Shown here: positions 1 to 9,388 of the stretch, piece by piece | How positions within the stretch are numbered: the first letter of the stretch is position 1 | How the letters are laid out: each line of letters starts with the position of its first letter | Made by a program: the position numbers and the translations under genes | The notes under the pieces: model-generated | Told to the model about the DNA's origin: nothing | Database searches by the model: none | The model's input: the letters and a program-made list of their open reading frames with translations, nothing else | NCBI GenBank assembly: GCA_020024515.1 | Contig: JAHHTR010000001.1 | Location: forward strand, 1,635-65,634 | Source: Angelakisella sp. | GTDB lineage: Bacteria; Bacillota; Clostridia; Oscillospirales; Ruminococcaceae | Length of the DNA stretch: 64,000 nucleotides | Reading direction: 5' to 3'

Positions 1-1099
1 CAACCAATGCTGTAATTTCGCCTTGCTTTGCAACAAAAGACACGCCTTTTAGAACCGGTTCCTCGTTGTAGGAGAACATCACATCCTTGAATTCAATATC
101 GTAGCCCTTGTTGTTGCAGACATTTGTGCCGGTCTGCTCTGATGGGACATCAATCTGCTTCATCCGCTTAACACTAACGAGGGCAGAGAACACCTCAGCC
201 ATCAGCATAAAACAACTGGTGAAGGGATCATAAATACGGCCTGCGAACAGCAGAAATAGAATAAACAAGGGAATGGACAAAGAGCCGGAGGTCACCAGTA
301 TTCCACCCACCAGCATAACCGCAACGAGGCCGAAACGCAGGATAAACTGAGCTGTAGTTGTAGCTGCACCAGGGGCAATTTCATTTTGGAAGGAACACTT
401 CACCACATAGTTCAGTTTCTTTTCCAGACCCTCCAAATACTCCGTTTCACGAGAACAGGACTTCAATTCCTGAATGGTATCGAGATACTCTTGCACACCA
501 TCATAGGCAGCCCTCTTTGCATCCATGTTTGAACTCTCTGCCTTTGACTGTGCTTTCTTCGCCGCAAAGATCACCAGAGCAGCAACAGGAACTGGCACCA
601 CGATGCAAAGACCCATACGCCAGTCCATAACGAGCAGACCGATGGATGTAATGATAAACATGAAAACTGTGCCAAACAGCTGAGGGATGGCGTTTGAAAA
701 TACACGCTCCAATGCTGTGCAATCTCCCATGATGGTGGTGGTCAGGTCAGAAAGGTCACGCTGACCGAAGAAAGACAGCGGCAGTTTTCGTAGTTTCTCC
801 GCTAGAACAATTCTGCGGTTAGCACTTTCCTCATATGCTACAGTATAGGTTTTATTGTATTGGAGCCACTGCGTCAAAAATACAATGATGAACATAACTA
901 CTGTTCCACCGATAAACAAAGCGACATGATCCTGTATACTGTTTTTCTGGTTAGAAATCACATTCAATAACTCCACAATTACCATAACCAGCAAGCTGAC
1001 AGGAGCAATCAGACACAGATTACTGAGTGCGGTAGCCGCAATTCCTTTATTCAAATCTTTTGCCCCCTGATCACTCAGGGCAAACATCTGTTTTAACAT
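1..1099 (-). CDS. ABC transporter fused permease/ATP-binding protein (exporter fold), partial; C-terminus lies beyond window start
   Basis: Not in the ORF track because no stop lies in the window. My translation from ATG 1099-1097 (MLKQMFALSDQGAKDLNKGIAATALSNLCLIAPVSLLVMVIVELL...) stays open to nt 1. It ends ...EPVLKGVSFVAKQGEITALVG, entering Walker A. The start overlaps the stop of the upstream partner (GTATGTTAA). Confidence 0.8.
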   Translation of the reverse strand, partial: MLKQMFALSDQGAKDLNKGIAATALSNLCLIAPVSLLVMVIVELLNVISNQKNSIQDHVALFIGGTVVMFIIVFLTQWLQYNKTYTVAYEESANRRIVLAEKLRKLPLSFFGQRDLSDLTTTIMGDCTALERVFSNAIPQLFGTVFMFIITSIGLLVMDWRMGLCIVVPVPVAALVIFAAKKAQSKAESSNMDAKRAAYDGVQEYLDTIQELKSCSRETEYLEGLEKKLNYVVKCSFQNEIAPGAATTTAQFILRFGLVAVMLVGGILVTSGSLSIPLFILFLLFAGRIYDPFTSCFMLMAEVFSALVSVKRMKQIDVPSEQTGTNVCNNKGYDIEFKDVMFSYNEEPVLKGVSFVAKQGEITALV

Positions 1100-2883
1100 A
1101 CTTTCACCTCATTTCCAATGTGCCATTTTGTGGTCTTGGTATAGTTACTCCACATTTTGGCATATTCACCACCCTGCTGAACCAGTGTGTCATGGCTGCC
1201 ACTCTCCACCAATTCCCCATGTTTCATTACCAAAATCTGATCAACATCCTGAATGGCAGAAAGGCGGTGTGCAATCATAATGACCGTCTTCCCCTTGATC
1301 AGCCCTTCAAAAGCTTTCTGAATCTGTTGCTCATTCTCCGGATCGGCGTATGACGTTGCCTCGTCCAAAACAACAATGGGGGCATCCTTCAAAATAGCAC
1401 GGGCAATCGCAATGCGCTGTGTTTCACCACCGGATAGGTATACACCTCTCCCGCCCACTACGGTATCAATCCCATCTGAGAATTTCTCTAAAATATCGTC
1501 ACACTGAGCCAGATGTGCTGCCCACAGAACTTCCTTCCTCGTAGCGGAGGGTCTGCCTGCTCGAATATTTTCCAAAAGGCTATCCTTGAACAATTTAGGG
1601 TCTTGGAACACAAAAGCTACCATCTTCATTAAATCGGCATGAGAAATTTCTCGAATATCTATTCCACCAATCTTAACTTTTCCCTGCTGTACATCATAGA
1701 AACGTGAAATTAAGCTGGCTGTTGTACTTTTTCCTGAGCCAGAATGTCCGACCAGAGCAGTAGTTGTTCCAGCCTTGGCAGTGAAAGTCAAATGGGATAC
1801 TGCAGGATGATCGGTGTTCTCGTAGGCAAAGGTCACGTCTTCAAAAAAAACATCATAGCTCTTGGGATATTTCGGTGAGGTTGTTTCTACTTGTGGTTGG
1901 GCAGTCAGGATAGTGTCAATACGACGTATGGATTCCTCTGCCTGCATCTTGTAGCTAGTCATATACATAATCTTATTTAGCATTACTGCACAAGCCGGAG
2001 AGAAAATCACATAGAATAGAAAACTCTGCATAAAGCCAATTAAATCATCTGATACTGAGCCTATGATGAGTGCTGTGGGTACTAATACCAGAAAACTGGA
2101 GTTAATCATTGAGTTAAAGACCACCATTCCTTTTTTACAGGACATAGTATAAGCCAGTGCAAACTTGCGGTAGGATTTAATTGCATCGTTAAATTTGGTA
2201 ATGGATTGTACTGTCTGACCGAAGATTTTAACCACTGAAATTCCACGGATATATTCCACTGCCTCGTGATTCATCGTCTCCAGTGAGTCCTGGTAGGTCT
2301 GCATAAACTTCATACTGTCCTTTCCCATAAGGGAGCCTTGTAAAAAGAAGCCAATGCCAAAAAGCAATAGGAGTGGGATACCTATGCGCCAGTCAAAGAC
2401 CAGCATCAAAATCAGACTAACTATCATTGTGACCTGTGCCCCCACCAAATCGGGGAGCTGGTGAGCGATGAATGTTTCAGTCTGAAAACTGTTTTCATCA
2501 ATAATCTTCCGCAGCTTGCCACTGGGATTTGCATCAAAGTAGCCCATCGGCATCTTTGCCAGATGTTTCAGTAACGCCATCTTTAGATTTTTCTCCGTAT
2601 GAAATGCCACCACATGGGAGCAGAGTAAGGCCGAGAAGTAAAGCACCAGACCAACCAACTCCAGTACCAAGGCGAGCACCCCCCAGCGGACAAGACTATT
2701 CGTATCCAAAGGCATCCCTGCAAATACGCCCACCAAATCACGTGCTGCAAAGTAGACGCAAAGAAATGGTCCAAGAATAAAGATTGAGCTGATTCCGGAT
2801 AGAATGCGGGAAACTGTGAGCAGTCCACGGTATTTCCCCGTAAATTCAAGTAAGCGTTTGATTCCGCCTGATTTTTGTTTCAT
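1093..2883 (-). CDS. ABC transporter fused permease/ATP-binding protein (exporter fold), probable heterodimer partner of the downstream gene
   Basis: TM-rich N-half, then Walker A GHSGSGKST, signature LSGGETQR, Walker B IVVLDEATS and H-loop IAHRL. Start placed at ATG 2883 (MKQKSGG...) because AAGGAGGA lies about 9 nt upstream. ATG 2904 is also possible. Confidence 0.85.
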   Translation of the reverse strand: MKQKSGGIKRLLEFTGKYRGLLTVSRILSGISSIFILGPFLCVYFAARDLVGVFAGMPLDTNSLVRWGVLALVLELVGLVLYFSALLCSHVVAFHTEKNLKMALLKHLAKMPMGYFDANPSGKLRKIIDENSFQTETFIAHQLPDLVGAQVTMIVSLILMLVFDWRIGIPLLLLFGIGFFLQGSLMGKDSMKFMQTYQDSLETMNHEAVEYIRGISVVKIFGQTVQSITKFNDAIKSYRKFALAYTMSCKKGMVVFNSMINSSFLVLVPTALIIGSVSDDLIGFMQSFLFYVIFSPACAVMLNKIMYMTSYKMQAEESIRRIDTILTAQPQVETTSPKYPKSYDVFFEDVTFAYENTDHPAVSHLTFTAKAGTTTALVGHSGSGKSTTASLISRFYDVQQGKVKIGGIDIREISHADLMKMVAFVFQDPKLFKDSLLENIRAGRPSATRKEVLWAAHLAQCDDILEKFSDGIDTVVGGRGVYLSGGETQRIAIARAILKDAPIVVLDEATSYADPENEQQIQKAFEGLIKGKTVIMIAHRLSAIQDVDQILVMKHGELVESGSHDTLVQQGGEYAKMWSNYTKTTKWHIGNEVKVC

Positions 2884-3053
2884 AGAAACAAATCCTCCTT
2901 CCATTTGTGATTAGCTGTAGCTAACTTAATTCTATTATAGCGGTTTCTACTTTGATTCTCTACAACCTTTTAGGTATATTGATACTCCAATCAGACAAGA
3001 GTAAAAACCACAAGAAAGGGTGGTCTGCAACAGTCACCCTCCCAAATAAATGA

Positions 3054-4682
3054 TTATTTTACCTTGATATTCTGAACAGCAGTAAAACTCGTATCACCAA
3101 TATACTCATAGTCCGCAACCTTGTCATTGTAAACAGCTAACTGATGTGTATAGTACAAAGGTGTAACAAGGCACCGATCAGCCATTGTTGTCAGAATTGT
3201 TTGATAGATTTCCTGAATCTTTGCCTCGTCTGTTTCCGCATTCAGTTCGTTTAACAGGTTCTCCGGCAAGTAGTTATACACCTGTGCCAGAATTGGGTCA
3301 GTGGACACATTCGGATCTAACCCTGCGATTACAACAGTGGGATCATAATATCCACCCTGAGTTCTGAAAATGGTAGCGCCATATTTTCCTCCTGTGACCA
3401 TCATATACCAGTCCATCATCGCAGCAGAGTTTGGTGTAAACTCAATACCAATCTTTTTCAACTGATCACAAATATAAACTACGGTATTATCATCAGATGC
3501 AGAGCCTGTCTGATAAGCAAATACAGCAGACAGTTTCAATCCATCCTTTTCTCGGATTCCATCACCATCTGTATCAACATAGCCAGCACTATCCAAAAGC
3601 TTATTAGCCTCATCAATATTGTAATCAAAAACCTTTTGGTCCACATTACAATAAGGAACACTTCGTGCAAAGAAAGTATCTGATTCCTCATACAGACCGC
3701 CAAAAATATTTTTGACGATAGCACTTTTATCAACTGCCATCGTAATGGCTTCACGGACAACCTGATCGCTGAAGACAGGATCACTTAAGTTATAGCCCAT
3801 ATAATAGGTCTGCATAGATCCGTCATCGGCTTTTGCCGTATAACCATCCGCAGCACTGATTTCCTCAAAATTTTCAACGGAGATTTTGGTGATACCGGAA
3901 TAAAAGTCGATTTCGCCATTTTTAAGTGCCAGTAGCTTAGCATCATTATCAGGTATATTTGTAATGGAGAAGCTGTCAACATCAGGTTCCTCTCCCCAAT
4001 AATTGGGGTTCTTCTCGAAATTCCAGACCTTTCCATTATTGTCACCGGAATACATATATGGACCAGTACCGCAGGTTGAAGACTTAAAGGTATCCTTTGC
4101 GGTCAAATCATCATTGAACTGCTCACTGGATACGATGCCCCACGGATTTGCAAGACAGAGTTCACGCATCGTACCATAGTATGGCTGGGTCAGGTGAAGC
4201 TCCACTGTATAGTCATCAATTACCTCAGCCTTATCGATAATAGTAGAGAGCTTGCCATAACCTCCATTGTATTGACCAAGGTTTACCGGAACTGCCATAA
4301 GGGATACAGCCACATCATCGGCAGTCAGATCGGAACCATCTGAAAACTTGATTTCCTTTTTAATCTTGAAGGTATATACTGTTCCATCCTCACTCATAGA
4401 CCAACTTTCAGCCAGCATACCAGTCAGTTCTCCATTTGCGTCATACTTTACCAGAGTATCATAGAAAGAGGGGAGCCAATAAGTAAGATCATAGCCGCTG
4501 GAGGTGACTGCGGGCGTGATGACCGTATAAAAATACTCGAATCCCCAACTTTCAGCCAGATTAAGATGCACGGGTTTACTGTTTTCCTGTGGCGTTCCAG
4601 ATCCAGACGACTCTGAGCAAGCCGCCAGAGAAAAAAGCATAGCTGCGGACAGTGCCGCTACTGCAAATCGTTTGAATTTCAT
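3054..4682 (-). CDS. ABC transporter substrate-binding lipoprotein, family 5 (peptide/nickel/metallophore type)
   Basis: Signal peptide with lipobox (MKFKRFAVAALSAAMLFSLAAC). Family-5 hallmark ...LAESWSMSEDGTVYTFKIKKEIKFSDGSDLTADDV... Last gene of the importer block. Confidence 0.85.
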   Translation of the reverse strand: MKFKRFAVAALSAAMLFSLAACSESSGSGTPQENSKPVHLNLAESWGFEYFYTVITPAVTSSGYDLTYWLPSFYDTLVKYDANGELTGMLAESWSMSEDGTVYTFKIKKEIKFSDGSDLTADDVAVSLMAVPVNLGQYNGGYGKLSTIIDKAEVIDDYTVELHLTQPYYGTMRELCLANPWGIVSSEQFNDDLTAKDTFKSSTCGTGPYMYSGDNNGKVWNFEKNPNYWGEEPDVDSFSITNIPDNDAKLLALKNGEIDFYSGITKISVENFEEISAADGYTAKADDGSMQTYYMGYNLSDPVFSDQVVREAITMAVDKSAIVKNIFGGLYEESDTFFARSVPYCNVDQKVFDYNIDEANKLLDSAGYVDTDGDGIREKDGLKLSAVFAYQTGSASDDNTVVYICDQLKKIGIEFTPNSAAMMDWYMMVTGGKYGATIFRTQGGYYDPTVVIAGLDPNVSTDPILAQVYNYLPENLLNELNAETDEAKIQEIYQTILTTMADRCLVTPLYYTHQLAVYNDKVADYEYIGDTSFTAVQNIKVK

Positions 4683-4715
4683 AGTATAACTTTCCTTTCT
4701 TAATATGAATTATTT

Positions 4716-5498
4716 TTATATGTACAGCGGTGATTGTATAACCCCGCTTGCATCCAGTAGTACTTTGCTGTATTCATTCTTGAACACATTCACATCGCCA
4801 GAAAAGTTGACCTGTTCGATCAGCCTGGAGGATCGCATTACTAGGATCTCATCCGCCACGACGAGTGCAAGTTCCATGTCATGTGTAATGAAAATTAAGG
4901 TAAAGCCCACTATCTTATGCAGTTTTATGATTTCCTCGATAATTTTCTTACGTAGCGGTAAGTCAAACCCATTTGTAGCTTCATCAAAAATCAGGCACTC
5001 CGGCTCCGCTGCTAACGCTCTTGCAATTGCCACACGCTTTTGCTCACCCCCAGATAGTTCGGATGGCAGGCGTGCATAGTAGTTTATAGGAAGGTTACAA
5101 AGGGTCATAAGCTCCTCACATCGTTGTTTTCGCTTTGAGCGATTCATATGAAAGAAGCAGACCAATGGCTCCTCGATAGATTTCCCGATGGATATTTTGG
5201 GGTCAAGTGCAGAAGCGGAATTTTGCTGTATGATCTGTACTTTCTTAAAGTAGTTTCTATCTACTTTATATCTACCTTTGTAGATGGCAATGCCATCTAT
5301 CAGCACATTGCCGCCACTTGGTCTTTGAAGTCCGGCAATCATCCGAGCTAATGTTGTTTTTCCTGAACCGGATTCCCCCACAATCGCATACCGACCTCCA
5401 TCTCGAAAAGTAACGCTTATGGGAGAAACAGCCATAAAGCGGTCTTTTTCAAGCACCCCACCAGAAAAAGAACAACTAAGACTCTGTACTTCAATCAT
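4716..5498 (-). CDS. ABC importer ATP-binding protein (OppF/NikE-like)
   Basis: Walker A GESGSGKTT, signature LSGGEQKR, Walker B CLIFDEAT. Start overlaps the stop of the preceding ATPase gene. Confidence 0.85.
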   Translation of the reverse strand: MIEVQSLSCSFSGGVLEKDRFMAVSPISVTFRDGGRYAIVGESGSGKTTLARMIAGLQRPSGGNVLIDGIAIYKGRYKVDRNYFKKVQIIQQNSASALDPKISIGKSIEEPLVCFFHMNRSKRKQRCEELMTLCNLPINYYARLPSELSGGEQKRVAIARALAAEPECLIFDEATNGFDLPLRKKIIEEIIKLHKIVGFTLIFITHDMELALVVADEILVMRSSRLIEQVNFSGDVNVFKNEYSKVLLDASGVIQSPLYI

Positions 5499-6273
5499 CT
5501 ACATTTCTCCTTTCCAGTTGACACGCACTCAGAAGATATTTTGTGTATTCCTGCATGGGGCATTTCATAATATTTTCTGTCTTGCCGGATTCCACCACTT
5601 TCCCGTGGTTCATTATGAGGATCCTGTCAGAAAACGCTGCCGTCCTCATATCATGGGTGACAAACAGCCCTGACATTCCTTCTTTGCACAAAGATCGCAA
5701 TTCTTTCATCAGTTCTATACGGTTACAGGCATCAATGGCAGTAGTTGCTTCATCTGCAATCAACAGCTGCGGTTGATTGACGAGAGCTGTCACTATCATA
5801 AGCCGTTGGAGCATACCGCCTGAAAGAGTGAACGGATAGCTTTTTAGAATCCGCTTTGTGTCTGTCAATCCAAGGCGATGCAGGGTTGCTTCAATCAAAT
5901 TGGTCATTTCTGTCCTTGTTGCCTTTATATGATGACGCAGATAGGTTTCTTCAATCTGTCTGCCAACACGGATAGATGGATTAAAGGCCGTCATTGGATT
6001 CTGCATAATACAGCAGATTTCTTTTCCATAAATCTGCCGCCGCTCTTTTGAAGGGAGCGACAGCAAATCTCTGTCCTTGAACAGGATTTCTCCCCTGGAT
6101 TGATAACCACTGCCCAGTAAGCCCATGATCGCTTTGCAGATGGTTGTTTTCCCGGCACCGGAGCTACCTACAATGGACAGTATTTCTCCTGGTGCAATTT
6201 GAAAGGCAATATGATCTACAATTGTTTCTCCCGAAGTGAGTGATACAGTAAGATTTCTGACTTCAAATAACAC
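5491..6273 (-). CDS. ABC importer ATP-binding protein (OppD/NikD-like)
   Basis: Walker A GSSGAGKTT, signature LSGGMLQR, Walker B LLIADEATT. Start moved to GTG 6273 (LFEVRNLTVSL...), which is preceded by GGAAAGGAGGA. The longer track ORF would overlap the permease gene by 83 nt. Confidence 0.85.
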   Translation of the reverse strand: MLFEVRNLTVSLTSGETIVDHIAFQIAPGEILSIVGSSGAGKTTICKAIMGLLGSGYQSRGEILFKDRDLLSLPSKERRQIYGKEICCIMQNPMTAFNPSIRVGRQIEETYLRHHIKATRTEMTNLIEATLHRLGLTDTKRILKSYPFTLSGGMLQRLMIVTALVNQPQLLIADEATTAIDACNRIELMKELRSLCKEGMSGLFVTHDMRTAAFSDRILIMNHGKVVESGKTENIMKCPMQEYTKYLLSACQLERRNVDD

Positions 6274-7081
6274 TAATATGATCCTCCTTTCCAATTGTAT
6301 CCCGCAGCCCTTCTCCCAATAAATTAAAACCAGCACAGCACACAATCAGGCAGATACCGGGATAAATAATCAGTGCAGGATTTGAATAAATGCTGTTACG
6401 TGCTTCATTCAGCATTGCACCCCATTCTGCAGTACCCTGAACCAAACCAACTCCTAAAAAAGCAAAACTTGATATGGACATAATAACCGACGCAATTCCT
6501 GTTGTAAAATACACAATAAATTGTGGCAGAACATTTGGAATCAGGTGAACCATTACAATCCGTATCCTTGACGCACCTGATGTTTTCGCTGCTTCTATAT
6601 ACTCCTTTCTGCACTCCATTTTTGCGTAAGAGCGAACCATCCTTAAAAACCATGCGGTCATAGATATACTAATTGCGGTGAGAATACAGGCTGTTGTATC
6701 CTCGAAAGAGGTTACTAAAGCCATTGCAATTACCAATACAGGGAATGCCATAAATATATCACATAGTAAACGAATGATTTCGTCCATAACACTGCCCTTA
6801 TAACATGAGTAACATCCTACAAACAGTGCGATTGCTGATAAGATAGCTAAAATAGGAACAGACAGTCCAAGGGAATATCTTGCTCCGTAAAGCAGTCTGG
6901 ATAGTTCACATCGTCCCAGCTGGTCACATCCCAAGGGGTATTCTGCTGATGGTGCGGCATTCTTCAATGCCAGATTGGTTACATTGGGGGCATGGGGTGC
7001 AAGGATAGGTGCACATATCGCCAATATCACAAAAATAGCAATCAGCAGGGATCCGAAGATTATTTGTCCTTTTCGTTTCAT
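6263..7081 (-). CDS. ABC importer permease (OppC/NikC/DppC-like)
   Basis: Multi-TM protein typical of binding-protein-dependent transport inner-membrane components. Start at ATG 7081 (MKRKGQIIFGSLL...) forms an ATGA overlap with the upstream permease stop. Confidence 0.85.
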   Translation of the reverse strand: MKRKGQIIFGSLLIAIFVILAICAPILAPHAPNVTNLALKNAAPSAEYPLGCDQLGRCELSRLLYGARYSLGLSVPILAILSAIALFVGCYSCYKGSVMDEIIRLLCDIFMAFPVLVIAMALVTSFEDTTACILTAISISMTAWFLRMVRSYAKMECRKEYIEAAKTSGASRIRIVMVHLIPNVLPQFIVYFTTGIASVIMSISSFAFLGVGLVQGTAEWGAMLNEARNSIYSNPALIIYPGICLIVCCAGFNLLGEGLRDTIGKEDHISVI

Positions 7082-8031
7082 ATTATTTCCCTCCTGTATG
7101 TCGGACAGATGATACCCGAAAGAATATCTGCCACGGTATTGAACAAGACAAATAGGATGGCACATACCAGAATGGATCCAGATATTCCGTAGATGTCCAT
7201 TCCCTCACATGATTTAATCAGATAACTGCCTAATCCATCAATAGAAAAAACTCTCTCAATCAATGCAGAAGTTCCAAACAGAGCTGCACTATACTGGGCC
7301 AAAAGCGTAATGGCAGCAGGCAGTGCATTTCTTAATACCTGTCCATACACAATTTGTGAATTGGAAAAACCTCTGGCTTTTGCATATACAACATAATCAC
7401 TTTTCAATTCGTTTAAGATAGATGCCCTAAGAACTCTTGTTGCAATACAGATAATTGGTACAGCCATCGAAATTGATGGCAGTATAAGTGATTTGAAACT
7501 TCCATCTGCAATCACATGAAAAAGTGGTATTTTAACTGCAAACACCGCCAAAAGTACCAAAGCCAGCCAAAAGCTGGGGACACAGATTCCGATAATACAA
7601 AGAACCCTCGTCACATTATCAAAAATTCCATCCTTCCGTATTACGGAAATCGCCGCTATCAGAACAGTAAATAATATCACCCAGACGATTGCCATAAGAA
7701 TCATTATGCAGGTGACCGGTAATGCATTCGCAATATTCTCTATAACAGGCTTTCGGTTTGTGATTGCGGTTCCCAAATCACCATGAAGGACACCTTTTAT
7801 ATAGTTGACATATCTTTCTGAAAAGGGGGCATCTAAGCCAAGGCTTTCCCGAACTGACTGCACCTGCTCATCTGTTGCAAAGACATTGTTCTTCCTGACA
7901 AGCATTTCCGCTGGGTCGGTTCCCGTGAAAAGCTGTAGGCTGAAACTTAATGTGACAACACTCAAAATGACAAGGATGAAATTGATGCTACGTATAGCAA
8001 TTTTTTTTGTGGTTTCTCCAGCAATTCGCAT
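7078..8031 (-). CDS. ABC importer permease (OppB/NikB/DppB-like)
   Basis: Multi-TM permease of about 317 aa, first gene of the importer block. Start at ATG 8031 (MRIAGETTKK...) preceded by TTGGAGGGA. Confidence 0.85.
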   Translation of the reverse strand: MRIAGETTKKIAIRSINFILVILSVVTLSFSLQLFTGTDPAEMLVRKNNVFATDEQVQSVRESLGLDAPFSERYVNYIKGVLHGDLGTAITNRKPVIENIANALPVTCIMILMAIVWVILFTVLIAAISVIRKDGIFDNVTRVLCIIGICVPSFWLALVLLAVFAVKIPLFHVIADGSFKSLILPSISMAVPIICIATRVLRASILNELKSDYVVYAKARGFSNSQIVYGQVLRNALPAAITLLAQYSAALFGTSALIERVFSIDGLGSYLIKSCEGMDIYGISGSILVCAILFVLFNTVADILSGIICPTYRREII

Positions 8032-8199
8032 GAAACATCCCTCCAAAGTTAGTTAGGTTAGGCTAACTATTGATTTAAAAAAAGCAGCCGCTTTTCAACG
8101 ACTGCTCTACAGCATACTCATCATTAGCATCTTAATTATTATAGCATACTAAAGTGGTGCATTCTATGACCGAACGGGTCGGTTTTTGCTCCGATCGGG

Positions 8200-9171
8200 T
8201 CAGCGATACTTGTGACGGTACACCTGTGGCGTTACGCCTATAACAGATTTGAAAGCGGCGGAAAACTTACTTTGGTTTTCGTATCCTGCCGTGTTCCCAA
8301 TCTCTCCGATACTCAAAGTCGGTTCATAAATCAACATTTCAGCAGCGGCCTCCATACGCTTTTCCTTAATAAATGTGCCAATAGGCGCTCCTGAAATAGA
8401 CTTAAAACACCGTTTTAAGCTGGATTCTGACAGTCCAAACATGTAGGACAGATCCTGAATTGTATCTCTGCAAAAAGGATTTTCAATGATGTATTGGTAA
8501 ACTTTCTGTGTTTGTTTGGATATATCCACAGAAAACTGCTGTGGTCGGCAAACAGCACTACCATCCAAAAGACTTAAAAACAGCAGTAGTTCGATGCTCT
8601 TAATCCAAAAATATGGACCTTGGATACGCTCATCTACTGAGTATAACTCACTAAAGATATGGTCAATTTCATGTTTGGACCTGATGATAAGGGAACGACC
8701 ATCCGTACACAGACGATCCCTTATTTGTTCCAAACAGATGTGTGCTTGTTGAAAGCCTTGATCTAAAGTTTGCTGTGCCGTTTCCATTTCTAACAACACA
8801 GTGACACCTCGATATTTTTTCAACGGAATATGAGAACCGAGAAATATCTGTTTATCTTTGGAGAGATAATCAACACAGAGGTCACCTTCGCCCAAAAAGC
8901 TGACTGATCCACCTTCCAGTTCACACTCATAGCATCCTTCCAAACAATGATTAATCTGCAAAAAATTTTTTTCAAATCGGATAGGACGGAAACAGGAGTC
9001 CATTTTTAAGTCATTATAGGTAATTTGAATACCAGGTGCAACCTCAAAACGCCGCATGGTTCCTTCGCCTGATTCATTTCCTTCGTGCAACACTCCTACT
9101 GCTGTTTCTGTCTCTATTCCAGTTTTATAAATATTATGAAATGTACCTGCTCCTCTAGTTACATCAAACAT
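8200..9171 (-). CDS. AraC-family transcriptional regulator
   Basis: C-terminal double HTH of AraC type (...IQDLSYMFGLSESSLKRCFKSISGAPIGTFIKEKRMEAAAEMLIYEPTLSIGEIGNTAGYENQSKFSAAFKSVIGVTPQVYR). N-terminal ligand-type domain of about 200 aa. Directly upstream of and co-oriented with the importer genes. Confidence 0.85.
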   Translation of the reverse strand: MFDVTRGAGTFHNIYKTGIETETAVGVLHEGNESGEGTMRRFEVAPGIQITYNDLKMDSCFRPIRFEKNFLQINHCLEGCYECELEGGSVSFLGEGDLCVDYLSKDKQIFLGSHIPLKKYRGVTVLLEMETAQQTLDQGFQQAHICLEQIRDRLCTDGRSLIIRSKHEIDHIFSELYSVDERIQGPYFWIKSIELLLFLSLLDGSAVCRPQQFSVDISKQTQKVYQYIIENPFCRDTIQDLSYMFGLSESSLKRCFKSISGAPIGTFIKEKRMEAAAEMLIYEPTLSIGEIGNTAGYENQSKFSAAFKSVIGVTPQVYRHKYR

Positions 9172-9388
9172 TGTGATCCTCCTAATTCAACCGTTTTTTT
9201 CTGATTTATAACATTAAATTATATCTTTTTTTGTGATAGAATTCAAGTCAGTTTCTTTGCCACTTTCGATAATGTGTAAGATTACAATAGATGTGTTATA
9301 GTATTGCAAAAAAAGTGACGAAATGAAAAATCTATGTTACAGTAAGTTTGCGACAACTAAACTGAAAGTGAGGAAAATCCATCTCGTC

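Noticed and set aside
501-722. Small ORFs 501-722 (-), 1060-1353 (+), 2529-2780 (+) and 2583-2849 (-) in the ABC exporter region
   Set aside because: All lie inside or opposite the two ABC exporter reading frames. The first of these frames is missing from the track only because it has no stop inside the window.
6274-6345. N-terminal extensions of track ORFs: 6274-6345, 7082-7165, 8032-8046, 2884-2904, 28119-28139, 46668-46730, 53154-53174 and 56370-56378
   Set aside because: The extensions overlap upstream genes or lack an RBS, while an internal start has a strong Shine-Dalgarno sequence and matches the conserved family N-terminus. Starts were trimmed accordingly.
8077-8097. Small AAAAGC-GGCU-GCUUUU hairpin plus U-run in the importer leader, considered as a transcription attenuator
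   Set aside because: The stem is only 6 bp and mostly A-U, and I could find no alternative antiterminator pairing or leader peptide. It is too weak to call.
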